Part shown: positions 18,347 to 27,210 of the stretch, piece after piece
Layout: each line of letters opens with the position of its first letter
How positions within the stretch are numbered: position 1 is the first letter of the stretch
Origin: a virus
Virus record (IMG/VR): IMGVR_UViG_3300032240_002045
Span: 33,994-97,993 of that record
Direction: 5' to 3' (one strand)
Length of the DNA: 64,000 bases
Notes under the pieces: model-generated
Database searches by the model: none
What the model saw: the letters and a program-made list of their open reading frames with translations, nothing else
What the model was told of the DNA's origin: nothing
Translations under genes and position numbers: made by a program

Positions 18347-18954
18347 GCCTCAGAGGCCTTTCTGACTCTTTCTAACTCCTCAACAATAGCCTTAGCAAAG
18401 ATGTTGGCAATAGCTTCAATTCCAAAATAAAGGTTGGCTGCGTGCTCTTCATCGTAGGTCTCATCTTCATCATCTTCGTCTTCATCTTCCTCGTCTATAT
18501 CCTCATCCTCAGGTTCAACGTAAGGCTCTTCCACAACTTTTGGCGTTTCCTCTTCCGCGGTTGGGATTACAGGTTCTACTACAGACTTGACCCCATCGGA
18601 TGCCTTGATTGGTAGAAGCCCCTCGGTTAGATCAAAACAGGGAATTCCCAATTGAGTTGCTAAGGCAAGAGCATTTTGGCATTCAGGGTCTTCATCAGAC
18701 CACAGGATAAAACACGAAGTGTTCTTTGGGTCGGTTTTGCCAAGCGCCTCTGAAATCGGGCTTTGAAAGACTGGCTTGTTTTTGTCTTTAGAAAATTGGG
18801 CTGCAAATATTTTTGCTTGACTCATTTTTCCAAACTCAACAATATGAACAACACCATCTGCGCCTTTAGCGTAAAAATGATCTTCCATAAGGGCTTCTAA
18901 ATTAGCTCTGCTAGTTATCCCATTGCCGGCAATAACTACATAATATTTTTCCAT
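18343..18954 (-). CDS. Hypothetical protein with long acidic linker
   Basis: AAGGAG RBS; alpha/beta N-terminus plus D/E tract. Confidence 0.7.
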   Translation of the reverse strand: MEKYYVVIAGNGITSRANLEALMEDHFYAKGADGVVHIVEFGKMSQAKIFAAQFSKDKNKPVFQSPISEALGKTDPKNTSCFILWSDEDPECQNALALATQLGIPCFDLTEGLLPIKASDGVKSVVEPVIPTAEEETPKVVEEPYVEPEDEDIDEEDEDEDDEDETYDEEHAANLYFGIEAIANIFAKAIVEELERVRKASEA

Positions 18955-18994
18955 TAGCTCTCCTTGTTAGGGGAGGCCTACCATACACGATTAT

Positions 18995-19276
18995 TTACTC
19001 AGGTCTAGTCGGGTTAATGACGGCTGATCGGTGTGTTGCGACCTTTTCAGCTAAGGCTAGTAAAAACGATCCAAAATATCCCCCAGCAATTGCCCATACA
19101 ACAAGTTTAGGGAACGGTTGAGAGACCATCACATAAACAGAAACAGAAGAAATTCCCAAAGAAAATGACGCATTAATAAACAAATTTCCACCAAGAATTG
19201 ATAAAAAATTAATAAGTGGTTTTAATACAGCTAAACAAAAAGCTGTAAACATACCAATAAGCAATAGCTCTATCAT
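18995..19276 (-). CDS. Small membrane protein (about 3 TM); leaderless
   Basis: Hydrophobic segments; TAGTAT-N6-ATG. Confidence 0.7.
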   Translation of the reverse strand: MIELLLIGMFTAFCLAVLKPLINFLSILGGNLFINASFSLGISSVSVYVMVSQPFPKLVVWAIAGGYFGSFLLALAEKVATHRSAVINPTRPE

Positions 19277-19288
19277 GAGCCGATACTA

Positions 19289-21865
19289 CTACGTTTTTGG
19301 TTGAGCTAGGTAAATTGCTACAGTGCTACCAAGGTTTAATTGATTTTTAAGTGCGTAGTCCCCAAGTCGTGTTTGAACAGCAAAACGATTTTTATAAAAA
19401 TGGCTTCTAGCAGCATTTGTTGCTCCACCTTCCCATAACAAATCATTTGATGTTCCAGGGCCACTACTGCCATCAAAAAACGAAGAAAGAGCGGATGCAT
19501 TTTCAAATAGTGCCGAGTCAAGCCACATAATGTGTGTGCTCACAGCTACCCAATTAACTCCAACAACAGCTGAATAAGCATTTGATGGTGCTGTGCTAGT
19601 TACATACGCTCTATCCCAAACAGTTTCAAAAGAGGTTACATTGGTAGTTGATCCTGTAGTAGTGCTAATTAGTGTGTTGGTATTGTCGTACCAAGATATA
19701 TATGGGGTAACTAATTCGTCTCCAGTTACATATTCATATTTTTGTAAATAAACACTAAATGTGTAATTTGTATTTGGGTAATAAATTGGCATTAATTGAG
19801 ATGTTGTTGATCCGTCCCACGATTTAACGTTTACTGTTCCATCAGCCGTTGCTACTAATTTAAGTGAATTTCCCGAAGTCCAAGATGTTCCAGTAGTGGC
19901 CACTCTTGTTATATTTGTGTTAGTTACAGCAAATTCAATATATGATTTTTGCAAATTTGCTGTATCAACCCCTACTGCTGTAATAGTACGAAGTCCGTCA
20001 AAAGGCGCACCCACACCATAAACATAAACTACGCTGCCAACTCGATAATTATTGCTATAGGTTGTCTCTAATCTTGCAACATTTGAAGTAAGGCTTTTAA
20101 AAGCAATTGCCCATACTTCCGCACCAGGTTCTGCCGAGTTAGGATCAATTGTTTTTGTTGTTGCGCTTCCCGATACGGACCAAGGAGTTACAACAGGTGA
20201 AGAGTTAGTTCCACTAATTAAAGCAAAATGTGGGTTAGTCAATTCATTAATTCTTGTAGCTCGAAGAGTCATGTGTATTTGTCTAGCTTCATCAAATGAC
20301 GTTACTGATGCCGCTTGTTCAAATTGCGCACAATCAAAATAATGATATTCATTAGAAGAAGACGCTGCGGCAGATGCAATAGTTATAAGTGGTGCGGCGT
20401 AATATGCCGTAGAGGGAGCTGTTGCTGTAATTGTCGGTCTAGCGGAAAATGCCCCGACCGCGTTATTAACTGCGCTGCCTGTACTTGTGGAAATAAATTC
20501 TCCAAGTCGGTCGTACCAATTTATTTTAAGAGTGATAGCTCTTAAAGTAGTTCCAGCTGCGGAGTAGACACTAAATACATAGCTCAAACCCCCGGTAACG
20601 GGTATTCCTTTAAGAACAGGAGATGAGACACCGCAAGAGATAGTTACGGTACCTGCGGATGCTGTGGCATTTTTTACAGCTAAAATTCCAAGTTGTTTAT
20701 TTGGGTATTGAGTTAAAGCTGTGGATTCAGCCCAAGGGGTTGGGTACGGAACAAGATTTGGGTACGCATCAGTAGCTACGTTAAAACAATTAAACGAGGC
20801 GATATCACTTGCAGTTAACGCCCAAGATATTGAAGTAGATGTGACAGCTGTAATTGTTTTTGGCGTTCCTACGGTGTTAAACAGCGGTTGAGCAAACCCG
20901 TCTGTGTTTATTTTATTTCCTACGGCGTAGTTGTGAGCTCCGATAACAGCTGTAACAACGTTACTAGTTAAAGATATGCTGGTAATTAAATCTTTAGTTA
21001 AAGCTTTAAACAACCCAGTTCCGTCTACAGATAACCAATGACCAGAGCTTTCTTCAAAAGATGAATCGTTATAATCAAGCATTAAATTATTGCTTTTTAC
21101 AATGCCGTCTACACTTGGGTTTGGTGTACCAGATACAGGTTGTGGAACCGCGTAGCCTGTAAATGCTTTCATAAACTCTCTAAGCCCTTTTGAGCTTCCC
21201 TTTTTTTGACCAATTAATACCGCATCACGAACCAAAATACGAGTTTGTTGATAACCAATTTCAGGTTCATAGGTAAGACCAAATTCTTGCAAAAGGGATG
21301 GCAAAAGTGACCCATTAACTCGTTCAATGTCGTAACGGTTAATTAATAAAGATGTAATTGTTTGAGCATAGTCCAATTCAAAACCAAATAAGTTTAAAAA
21401 TGAACGCAAATCATCGTTATCCCAATCAGAGGTTGCGGTATAAGCTTGTGTAATTTTATAAATTTCAGGAAGATATTTATATAAGTTATCCCCATTGTTA
21501 TAATTTTTTACAGATACGCCTGTAACATCACCGGCGCGTACCCACGCATAAGTTAAAGTATTATAAACAAACATAGAATAATAGAAGAAAGCTTCTTGAC
21601 GTAAAGTTTGATCGTTATAATACGTATTTGTTAAAGCTTCTTTTGGAGAATTAACAAGAATATCTCCATCCCAAGCATTTACGGGATAACCGTAGCTATT
21701 TCTTACAATACGAATATTTGACCATTTACCAGAAGGCGTTGTCCATTTAAGCTGAATGTACCCATGGTCGCGGGATTGAGCAGTAAAAGATCCGGCTAAA
21801 TAGCTAACGGATGCAGAAGATCCATAGCTACTTAAACCGTAATAATCAATACCGTAACGTGACAT
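19289..21865 (-). CDS. Baseplate wedge/tail protein (P2 gpI-like) with carbohydrate-binding-like domains
   Basis: LYKYLPEIY, LRSFLNLFGFELD, LLPSL..G and KKGS..GL; two CBM-like repeats; follows the gpJ-like gene. Confidence 0.8.
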   Translation of the reverse strand: MSRYGIDYYGLSSYGSSASVSYLAGSFTAQSRDHGYIQLKWTTPSGKWSNIRIVRNSYGYPVNAWDGDILVNSPKEALTNTYYNDQTLRQEAFFYYSMFVYNTLTYAWVRAGDVTGVSVKNYNNGDNLYKYLPEIYKITQAYTATSDWDNDDLRSFLNLFGFELDYAQTITSLLINRYDIERVNGSLLPSLLQEFGLTYEPEIGYQQTRILVRDAVLIGQKKGSSKGLREFMKAFTGYAVPQPVSGTPNPSVDGIVKSNNLMLDYNDSSFEESSGHWLSVDGTGLFKALTKDLITSISLTSNVVTAVIGAHNYAVGNKINTDGFAQPLFNTVGTPKTITAVTSTSISWALTASDIASFNCFNVATDAYPNLVPYPTPWAESTALTQYPNKQLGILAVKNATASAGTVTISCGVSSPVLKGIPVTGGLSYVFSVYSAAGTTLRAITLKINWYDRLGEFISTSTGSAVNNAVGAFSARPTITATAPSTAYYAAPLITIASAAASSSNEYHYFDCAQFEQAASVTSFDEARQIHMTLRATRINELTNPHFALISGTNSSPVVTPWSVSGSATTKTIDPNSAEPGAEVWAIAFKSLTSNVARLETTYSNNYRVGSVVYVYGVGAPFDGLRTITAVGVDTANLQKSYIEFAVTNTNITRVATTGTSWTSGNSLKLVATADGTVNVKSWDGSTTSQLMPIYYPNTNYTFSVYLQKYEYVTGDELVTPYISWYDNTNTLISTTTGSTTNVTSFETVWDRAYVTSTAPSNAYSAVVGVNWVAVSTHIMWLDSALFENASALSSFFDGSSGPGTSNDLLWEGGATNAARSHFYKNRFAVQTRLGDYALKNQLNLGSTVAIYLAQPKT

Positions 21866-23580
21866 TAGCTTAAGATACCCCCAGTAAGAGTTAAGCCTAT
21901 GTTGGTTGCGTAATCAGTTTTTGGGATTTCATTAACGTTACAAACAATATCCCCAACTGTTAATGCCGTAACGCCGTTTGCAATGCTTACTACGGTTGTT
22001 GAAACATTTCCCGCAATACAAGCATATGAAAAAGTAGTTCCTGTAACAACCGTAACAACGTACGTTCCGTCAAAAGTGCTATCCACTCCAGTAACTTTAA
22101 TGGTTGTTCCAACGGTTAAAGTGTGAGTAACACTTGTAGTTAAAGTTGCCACATTTGAGGTAAGAATTTTATTTGTAATATTGTAAGTTTTATCTTGGTC
22201 TGATCGAACAAGTTTTGTAATTGCAACTCTAGAGACCCCGTCTATAGAAGCTATTGTTGTCATAACATCTTGCAAAGTAATTCTGTCGCCAAAGGCAACG
22301 TTTTCAAATGCAAGTAACTCTGTCAAAATTGCGTTTATATCTGTTTGAACAAGAGATTGTCGGTATTGAGGTAGCACAGTGATTGATGCGTTAATAAGAA
22401 CTGTTACATAAGAAGGTGGTTGAAATGTTATGGTCGTATTTGCTGGAATTTTGTCTGTCATATACGACGATACTGTTGTTTTAAGAGAATTAAAGATTGT
22501 GGAGGGTGTTACGCCATCTACTTGAACTCCCGAATCTCCGTAAGGAGCAAAAAATACAGTTACACTTGTGTATACATCTGCAATAGCTGTTGCTTTAGCA
22601 ACTCCAGATACTTGTACAACAAGGGACGCATAGTCTGATAAAGCTACGGCTCGGTTTAAAGTTTTAATACTTGCGGGCGCTGATACGCGAATTGAATCAG
22701 TGCTTTCCTGATCAGCTCCTCCGCTAGCAGATCCCGGAATTGATGAAGAAATGTATTTATTAAGAACTGTTAACCCTGTTGCGGAAAAGTTAGTAATGTA
22801 CTTAATAGTGTTAACCGCAACATTTCCGGCAGCTCCTCCACCAATTCTATAGGTGGCTGTAATTTGAGCCGTATTTGGCGGAATACGTCCGCTAATACCG
22901 TCACCAAACACAATGTAAGTAACACCATTACCGTTTGTGTATGTAGAAAATACTGGGTCATAGCCATTGTAATCAATAAGATACGGAACTTGGGTGTAGT
23001 TAGTGCCGCCCACTACAACTGAAATGCTTCCGTTAATAACGGAAGATTGGTTTAATTCAAAAGATTGATTTACTGTTCCGTCTGAGGTACCAATCTGCTC
23101 ATCTGTAATAGTTTGCCCTTGAGTAACCGTAACCGTAGTTGTAGTAGAACCCGCCGGTACAACGACGGCAGCATCGGTTTCAAAGATAATTTGAGTTGTA
23201 GAAGCATTAGAAACTGCAGAAGTTGCTACTTTTGTAAGTTTAGGGACAGTAACGTTAACAGCGGATGTGTTACTAAATGTAACCGTACAGGTAGCTGCGG
23301 TTGGTTCTGTTGGCTTATACCCTAAAAGTTTTGCTAATTGAAGGACGTTTTCACGTTGGCTAGCTGTAGAGATAAATGCTTCATTTGCAGATTTATCAAT
23401 ATAATAATTAAGGATATCTCCCATATAGGCAAACGTTTCAAGGATGGTCATGCCAAAATCTGCGGGATCGCGGTTTGTCCAAAGTGGGGCATAGTATGGA
23501 ATTAGATCAACTAGATCTGCGCGAAGAGATGTGTAATCTCTAGAGGTGTAATCCACCTGTGGGATGTAATTGCTTGCCAT
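21865..23580 (-). CDS. Baseplate J-like protein
   Basis: DYTSRDY, FGDGISGRIPP, YRIGGG, GGADQES and RAVALSDY. Confidence 0.92.
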   Translation of the reverse strand: MASNYIPQVDYTSRDYTSLRADLVDLIPYYAPLWTNRDPADFGMTILETFAYMGDILNYYIDKSANEAFISTASQRENVLQLAKLLGYKPTEPTAATCTVTFSNTSAVNVTVPKLTKVATSAVSNASTTQIIFETDAAVVVPAGSTTTTVTVTQGQTITDEQIGTSDGTVNQSFELNQSSVINGSISVVVGGTNYTQVPYLIDYNGYDPVFSTYTNGNGVTYIVFGDGISGRIPPNTAQITATYRIGGGAAGNVAVNTIKYITNFSATGLTVLNKYISSSIPGSASGGADQESTDSIRVSAPASIKTLNRAVALSDYASLVVQVSGVAKATAIADVYTSVTVFFAPYGDSGVQVDGVTPSTIFNSLKTTVSSYMTDKIPANTTITFQPPSYVTVLINASITVLPQYRQSLVQTDINAILTELLAFENVAFGDRITLQDVMTTIASIDGVSRVAITKLVRSDQDKTYNITNKILTSNVATLTTSVTHTLTVGTTIKVTGVDSTFDGTYVVTVVTGTTFSYACIAGNVSTTVVSIANGVTALTVGDIVCNVNEIPKTDYATNIGLTLTGGILS

Positions 23581-23987
23581 TAGTTGCTTACCTCCAAGAT
23601 AACATCCCCTGATCGGCTAAGAATAGCCGTTTTAATTTGAACGCTTTGTTCATTTCTTTCTTTTTCGTACTTATATTGTACGGTAGCAATTACGTATCCG
23701 TCTGCTGGGTCTGTAGTAACGGTAACTTTTGTTAAAGTTAGGGGTTTTAACCATTGAGCAAACCCCGCTGCAACAGCTTGTTGAATAGATGATTCAGCCG
23801 TGGTTTCAGGTTCAAAAGCCGAGTTGCCGGCGGTGCTGCCAAAGGTAGGGCGCATTACGCGTTCACTCAACCTAGTCATAACTACCAAAACCACACGGTC
23901 TTGCCAAATCTTTTTTTCATCAGTTGTATAAGACACCGCCCCCGATGAATCAAAAGAAAACGGCAAAGAGATAGCTCTTTCTGTCAT
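23580..23987 (-). CDS. Baseplate wedge gp25/GpW-like protein
   Basis: ISLPFSF, TRLSERVMRPTFGS and FEP. Confidence 0.9.
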   Translation of the reverse strand: MTERAISLPFSFDSSGAVSYTTDEKKIWQDRVVLVVMTRLSERVMRPTFGSTAGNSAFEPETTAESSIQQAVAAGFAQWLKPLTLTKVTVTTDPADGYVIATVQYKYEKERNEQSVQIKTAILSRSGDVILEVSN

Positions 23988-24520
23988 GATAATACCCCCA
24001 TCCATACCGGAAAGTTAGGATCTCCGGCTATAAACATAACCCAAACTTTTTGATCTAAAGTTGGAACTCCGCGATGAGCTGTGTGCTCTTTTGCATCTGT
24101 TGAATCATTAAAAGCAGTACCTGAAGATTCATTCCATTTTTTGGCTGTATCTGCGGCGGTTTCGTGTTTATGGTCAAGATAATATGTTGAGTCTGGGGAG
24201 TTGCCTACATGGTTATTTGTATGAGCTAGATTTAACGTAATGCCATGAGTGTGCGCCGGACTTCCGCCACTTGCGGTTGTAACAGAGTCTGAGTGGTTAG
24301 CGTGAGCTTGGAGTAGGGCAGCCACCTCAGATGCTAAATGTTTTTTATGATTAGGGTGATCAGCATTAAAAACCACAGGTAAACATGGGTCTGCCCATTC
24401 AGTAGGGTTACTCCCAAGAACTTGTGGAACGATAAGTTTAATACGTTGTTTATTATCTGGGTCCGCGTTGTCTACGCATATCCCTAAATAAATTCCATAA
24501 AAACGTTTATCAAAAGTCAT
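23984..24520 (-). CDS. Gp5/VgrG OB-fold spike protein with His-rich insertion
   Basis: YGIYLGICVDNADP..RIKLIVPQV..WA.PC and P.LDQKVWVMFIAGDPNFPVWMG. Confidence 0.85.
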   Translation of the reverse strand: MTFDKRFYGIYLGICVDNADPDNKQRIKLIVPQVLGSNPTEWADPCLPVVFNADHPNHKKHLASEVAALLQAHANHSDSVTTASGGSPAHTHGITLNLAHTNNHVGNSPDSTYYLDHKHETAADTAKKWNESSGTAFNDSTDAKEHTAHRGVPTLDQKVWVMFIAGDPNFPVWMGVLS

Positions 24521-24522
24521 GA

Positions 24523-25860
24523 TTATGCCCCTTTCTTCAATACACGTTTAGTAATAATAGGGGATTTTTTGGTTTGAGGGATTATGTTATTAAGAGTTCG
24601 AGTTGTGCTTTTCCAAACAGGATTTGCTTGATCGCGTTTAGCCGCTGGCAACTGTTTACGGTTAGAAGATCCACCAAATGTGCCTTTACTTTGTGGGGTT
24701 GGAAAAGTAGCTGGTTTACTCAAACCTGTTTGGGGCACCACTTTTGTCTGTTTTACATTAGGAATGATTGTTCGTTTTTGCAAATAATCCGGTGAGGTAA
24801 TAACCTTGTTATCTGCCCAAGAGCCGGCAATACCCAAAGAATCAGCTCCAACGGTAATAACTGTTGTATAAAGTTGTTGGTTAAGCTGCTGCTCAATAAT
24901 CTTATGCTCAGTGCTAAGAACTGTCCAATACCCAGAATAAGTCGTACCGAGCCCATCTAAAAAGATTGGTAGATCTGGGCGTAGGTCTGGATTTCCCAAA
25001 ACTTCAACATAAGCACGGTATGGAAAAGTATTTCTATTCTCTGCAGCATCGGCCTCATATTGCGCGGTTTCAACGTCTTGAGCAACAATACTTGCGTCAA
25101 AATGATCAAAAATTTCAGGCTCTTGTTTACGTCTTGTTTTTGGGTTTTTAATTTGTTTTGTTATTGCCAACCTAGAGTTTGTAGTCTTATCTACACCACT
25201 AACCGCCACCGCAGATTTTTGAGCATCTTGAAACGCCAAAGTTTCACCAATTAATGGTTTAAAAGAATAAATAGTTGACCCTTGTGGATCTGTAACCGCA
25301 CGCATAATAAATTTAGGGGCATTTTGTCGAAGATTTGTAAAATCTTCTAGCATTGGTTGAAAATAAAGTTCAGTATTTTCCGCTCGTAAAGTGTAACCAG
25401 ATTGTTTTGCTAAACGAACCATAAATTCCCAATCAGTGTGGCCCGCTTGAGAAATTTGCGGGTAGACACGAGGGTGCGGTGTTGGATCGCAAACAAATGA
25501 ATGTTTTGTAGCAATTTCTTTAATAACCCTGTCAGCAGTGGTATTGCTATATATTCTTTGAGAAGGCTGCCCCATAAGATAAGACGCACCAATAATTACA
25601 AGTTCTGTAAAGTTTTTTCCAGGCGTTTGGTCTGTTCGTATATGGTGAACATAGCCATAAAAGTTTCTTTTTGTGGTTGTTCCAGTAATTACAAGTTTTA
25701 CAGCTGTTTTTGGTTTTATAACATCATAATCAACCCCCCAATCCCTAAATTTAACAATAGCAATTTCATGTTCAAATCGACTTTGTTTAAGGGTGGCAGA
25801 ATAAACATAATGGGGAGTTAAGTTAGTTCCAGGAAATTCTACTTGGATATGATTAAACAT
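24523..25860 (-). CDS. Baseplate hub (GpD/gp27-like)
   Basis: QISQAGHTDWEF..RLAK..GY, GNPDLRP and YSGYW.V....H. Confidence 0.85.
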   Translation of the reverse strand: MFNHIQVEFPGTNLTPHYVYSATLKQSRFEHEIAIVKFRDWGVDYDVIKPKTAVKLVITGTTTKRNFYGYVHHIRTDQTPGKNFTELVIIGASYLMGQPSQRIYSNTTADRVIKEIATKHSFVCDPTPHPRVYPQISQAGHTDWEFMVRLAKQSGYTLRAENTELYFQPMLEDFTNLRQNAPKFIMRAVTDPQGSTIYSFKPLIGETLAFQDAQKSAVAVSGVDKTTNSRLAITKQIKNPKTRRKQEPEIFDHFDASIVAQDVETAQYEADAAENRNTFPYRAYVEVLGNPDLRPDLPIFLDGLGTTYSGYWTVLSTEHKIIEQQLNQQLYTTVITVGADSLGIAGSWADNKVITSPDYLQKRTIIPNVKQTKVVPQTGLSKPATFPTPQSKGTFGGSSNRKQLPAAKRDQANPVWKSTTRTLNNIIPQTKKSPIITKRVLKKGA

Positions 25861-26134
25861 TTGGAATTCTCAACACAGTTCCAGGTGTAATATCTGTTAA
25901 GTTTGTAATTGTAGGATTGTATTCTGGAATAATCCACCAATATCCCGGACGTTTGTAGTATTTATAGGCAATTTGATCTAAACGTTCCCCTTGTACATAA
26001 ACGTGTTCCCAATACTCAACAAGGCCAAGTTGTGAAAATTCATAAAAAACAACAACATTGTCATCTTTTGTTATTTTTGTTGAAAAGTAGTCAACTGTTG
26101 AATATTCGTATCTGGAACCTTTATAAATAGCCAT
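25853..26134 (-). CDS. LysM/tail X-like baseplate protein
   Basis: QGERLDQIAYKYY....WWII...NP....PGTVLRIP. Confidence 0.85.
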   Translation of the reverse strand: MAIYKGSRYEYSTVDYFSTKITKDDNVVVFYEFSQLGLVEYWEHVYVQGERLDQIAYKYYKRPGYWWIIPEYNPTITNLTDITPGTVLRIPNV

Positions 26135-27210
26135 TATGCACCTGCTGAAATTCCTGAGCCTGAGAAGCACTCGATTGAGAAAGATACAGTAGTACGAAGT
26201 GGAATCATTGTTTCCGTAAATGCGGTATGGTTAATTGATATATTTGAAATCCATCCCACGTAAGATAAATTGTTTTGGGCATCTGGACCCAATGAAAAAG
26301 CCAACAAAGTTGGCGATAAATAACCAACATTTGATGTTTTTTTCTGTAAAAGAGTTGTCCACTCACCTGTAGCGGTTCCAGCACCGTTAATAGCTTTAAA
26401 CAAATATTCTATATCTGCCATTGTGCCTTGTTCTAACAGTTTATTAATTTGTTCATTAAAATTGTATTTTGCTAAAGGATAACCGCTTGCATAATAAGTA
26501 GAATCATAAATATTTGAAGCTTTTGCATAAGCAAAATCATTTGTTCTATCAAGCATAATACTTAAAGATACTGACTCTTGACCCGGAAATACTCCAGACA
26601 CAACGCGCAAAGTATCAGCGTTAGAAGGCGTAATATCCATATTACGTTGTACGTTTGTGCTAATGCTCTCAGGGTTCCAAAGGAATTGAAAACCATAATT
26701 GTGGTCAATTTGTACGCGCTTAGGTCCGGTTGTTGTGCCCGTTCCACCGCTTCTTGTTGCGTCTCCACTAGTGGTATCAACAGTGCTTACGTCTCCAGCG
26801 CCCGCAAAATACCAAATACGCCCGCGACGAAGTCCATGAAAATTTGAAGAAAACGTTTTGCCAACAACTTCTCGATCAACTATTCCGGGTCTAAGGGGTA
26901 GGCTCCAAGTATGAGGGGGAAGATTAAATTGATAACCTTCAGGTGTTATTTTACCCGTAAAAGGTTCAGCAACAGTATCCGATGAAGTAGGTTTAGCGGC
27001 AGCCAACTTTGCTAAAGCCAAACGACGTTCCATTGCAGCATCTGATAGATAGACCGCAGAAATCGTTCCAGTACCTGTTGCCGCTGTTACAGCGTGTACA
27101 TCAGTATTTTGATCAAGGCGATTTACGCCAACAGCCGTAGCTGCGTCTGTATTTGTAGCCGAAATGGCGGAAGCGTACCCACCGTCAATTAACAATCTAG
27201 AAATAATCAT
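26134..27210 (-). CDS. Tube-initiator protein (CIS tube/gp48-like)
   Basis: FQFLWNPESI, ISNISINHTAF..MIPLR; position after the tape measure gene. Confidence 0.65.
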   Translation of the reverse strand: MIISRLLIDGGYASAISATNTDAATAVGVNRLDQNTDVHAVTAATGTGTISAVYLSDAAMERRLALAKLAAAKPTSSDTVAEPFTGKITPEGYQFNLPPHTWSLPLRPGIVDREVVGKTFSSNFHGLRRGRIWYFAGAGDVSTVDTTSGDATRSGGTGTTTGPKRVQIDHNYGFQFLWNPESISTNVQRNMDITPSNADTLRVVSGVFPGQESVSLSIMLDRTNDFAYAKASNIYDSTYYASGYPLAKYNFNEQINKLLEQGTMADIEYLFKAINGAGTATGEWTTLLQKKTSNVGYLSPTLLAFSLGPDAQNNLSYVGWISNISINHTAFTETMIPLRTTVSFSIECFSGSGISAGA

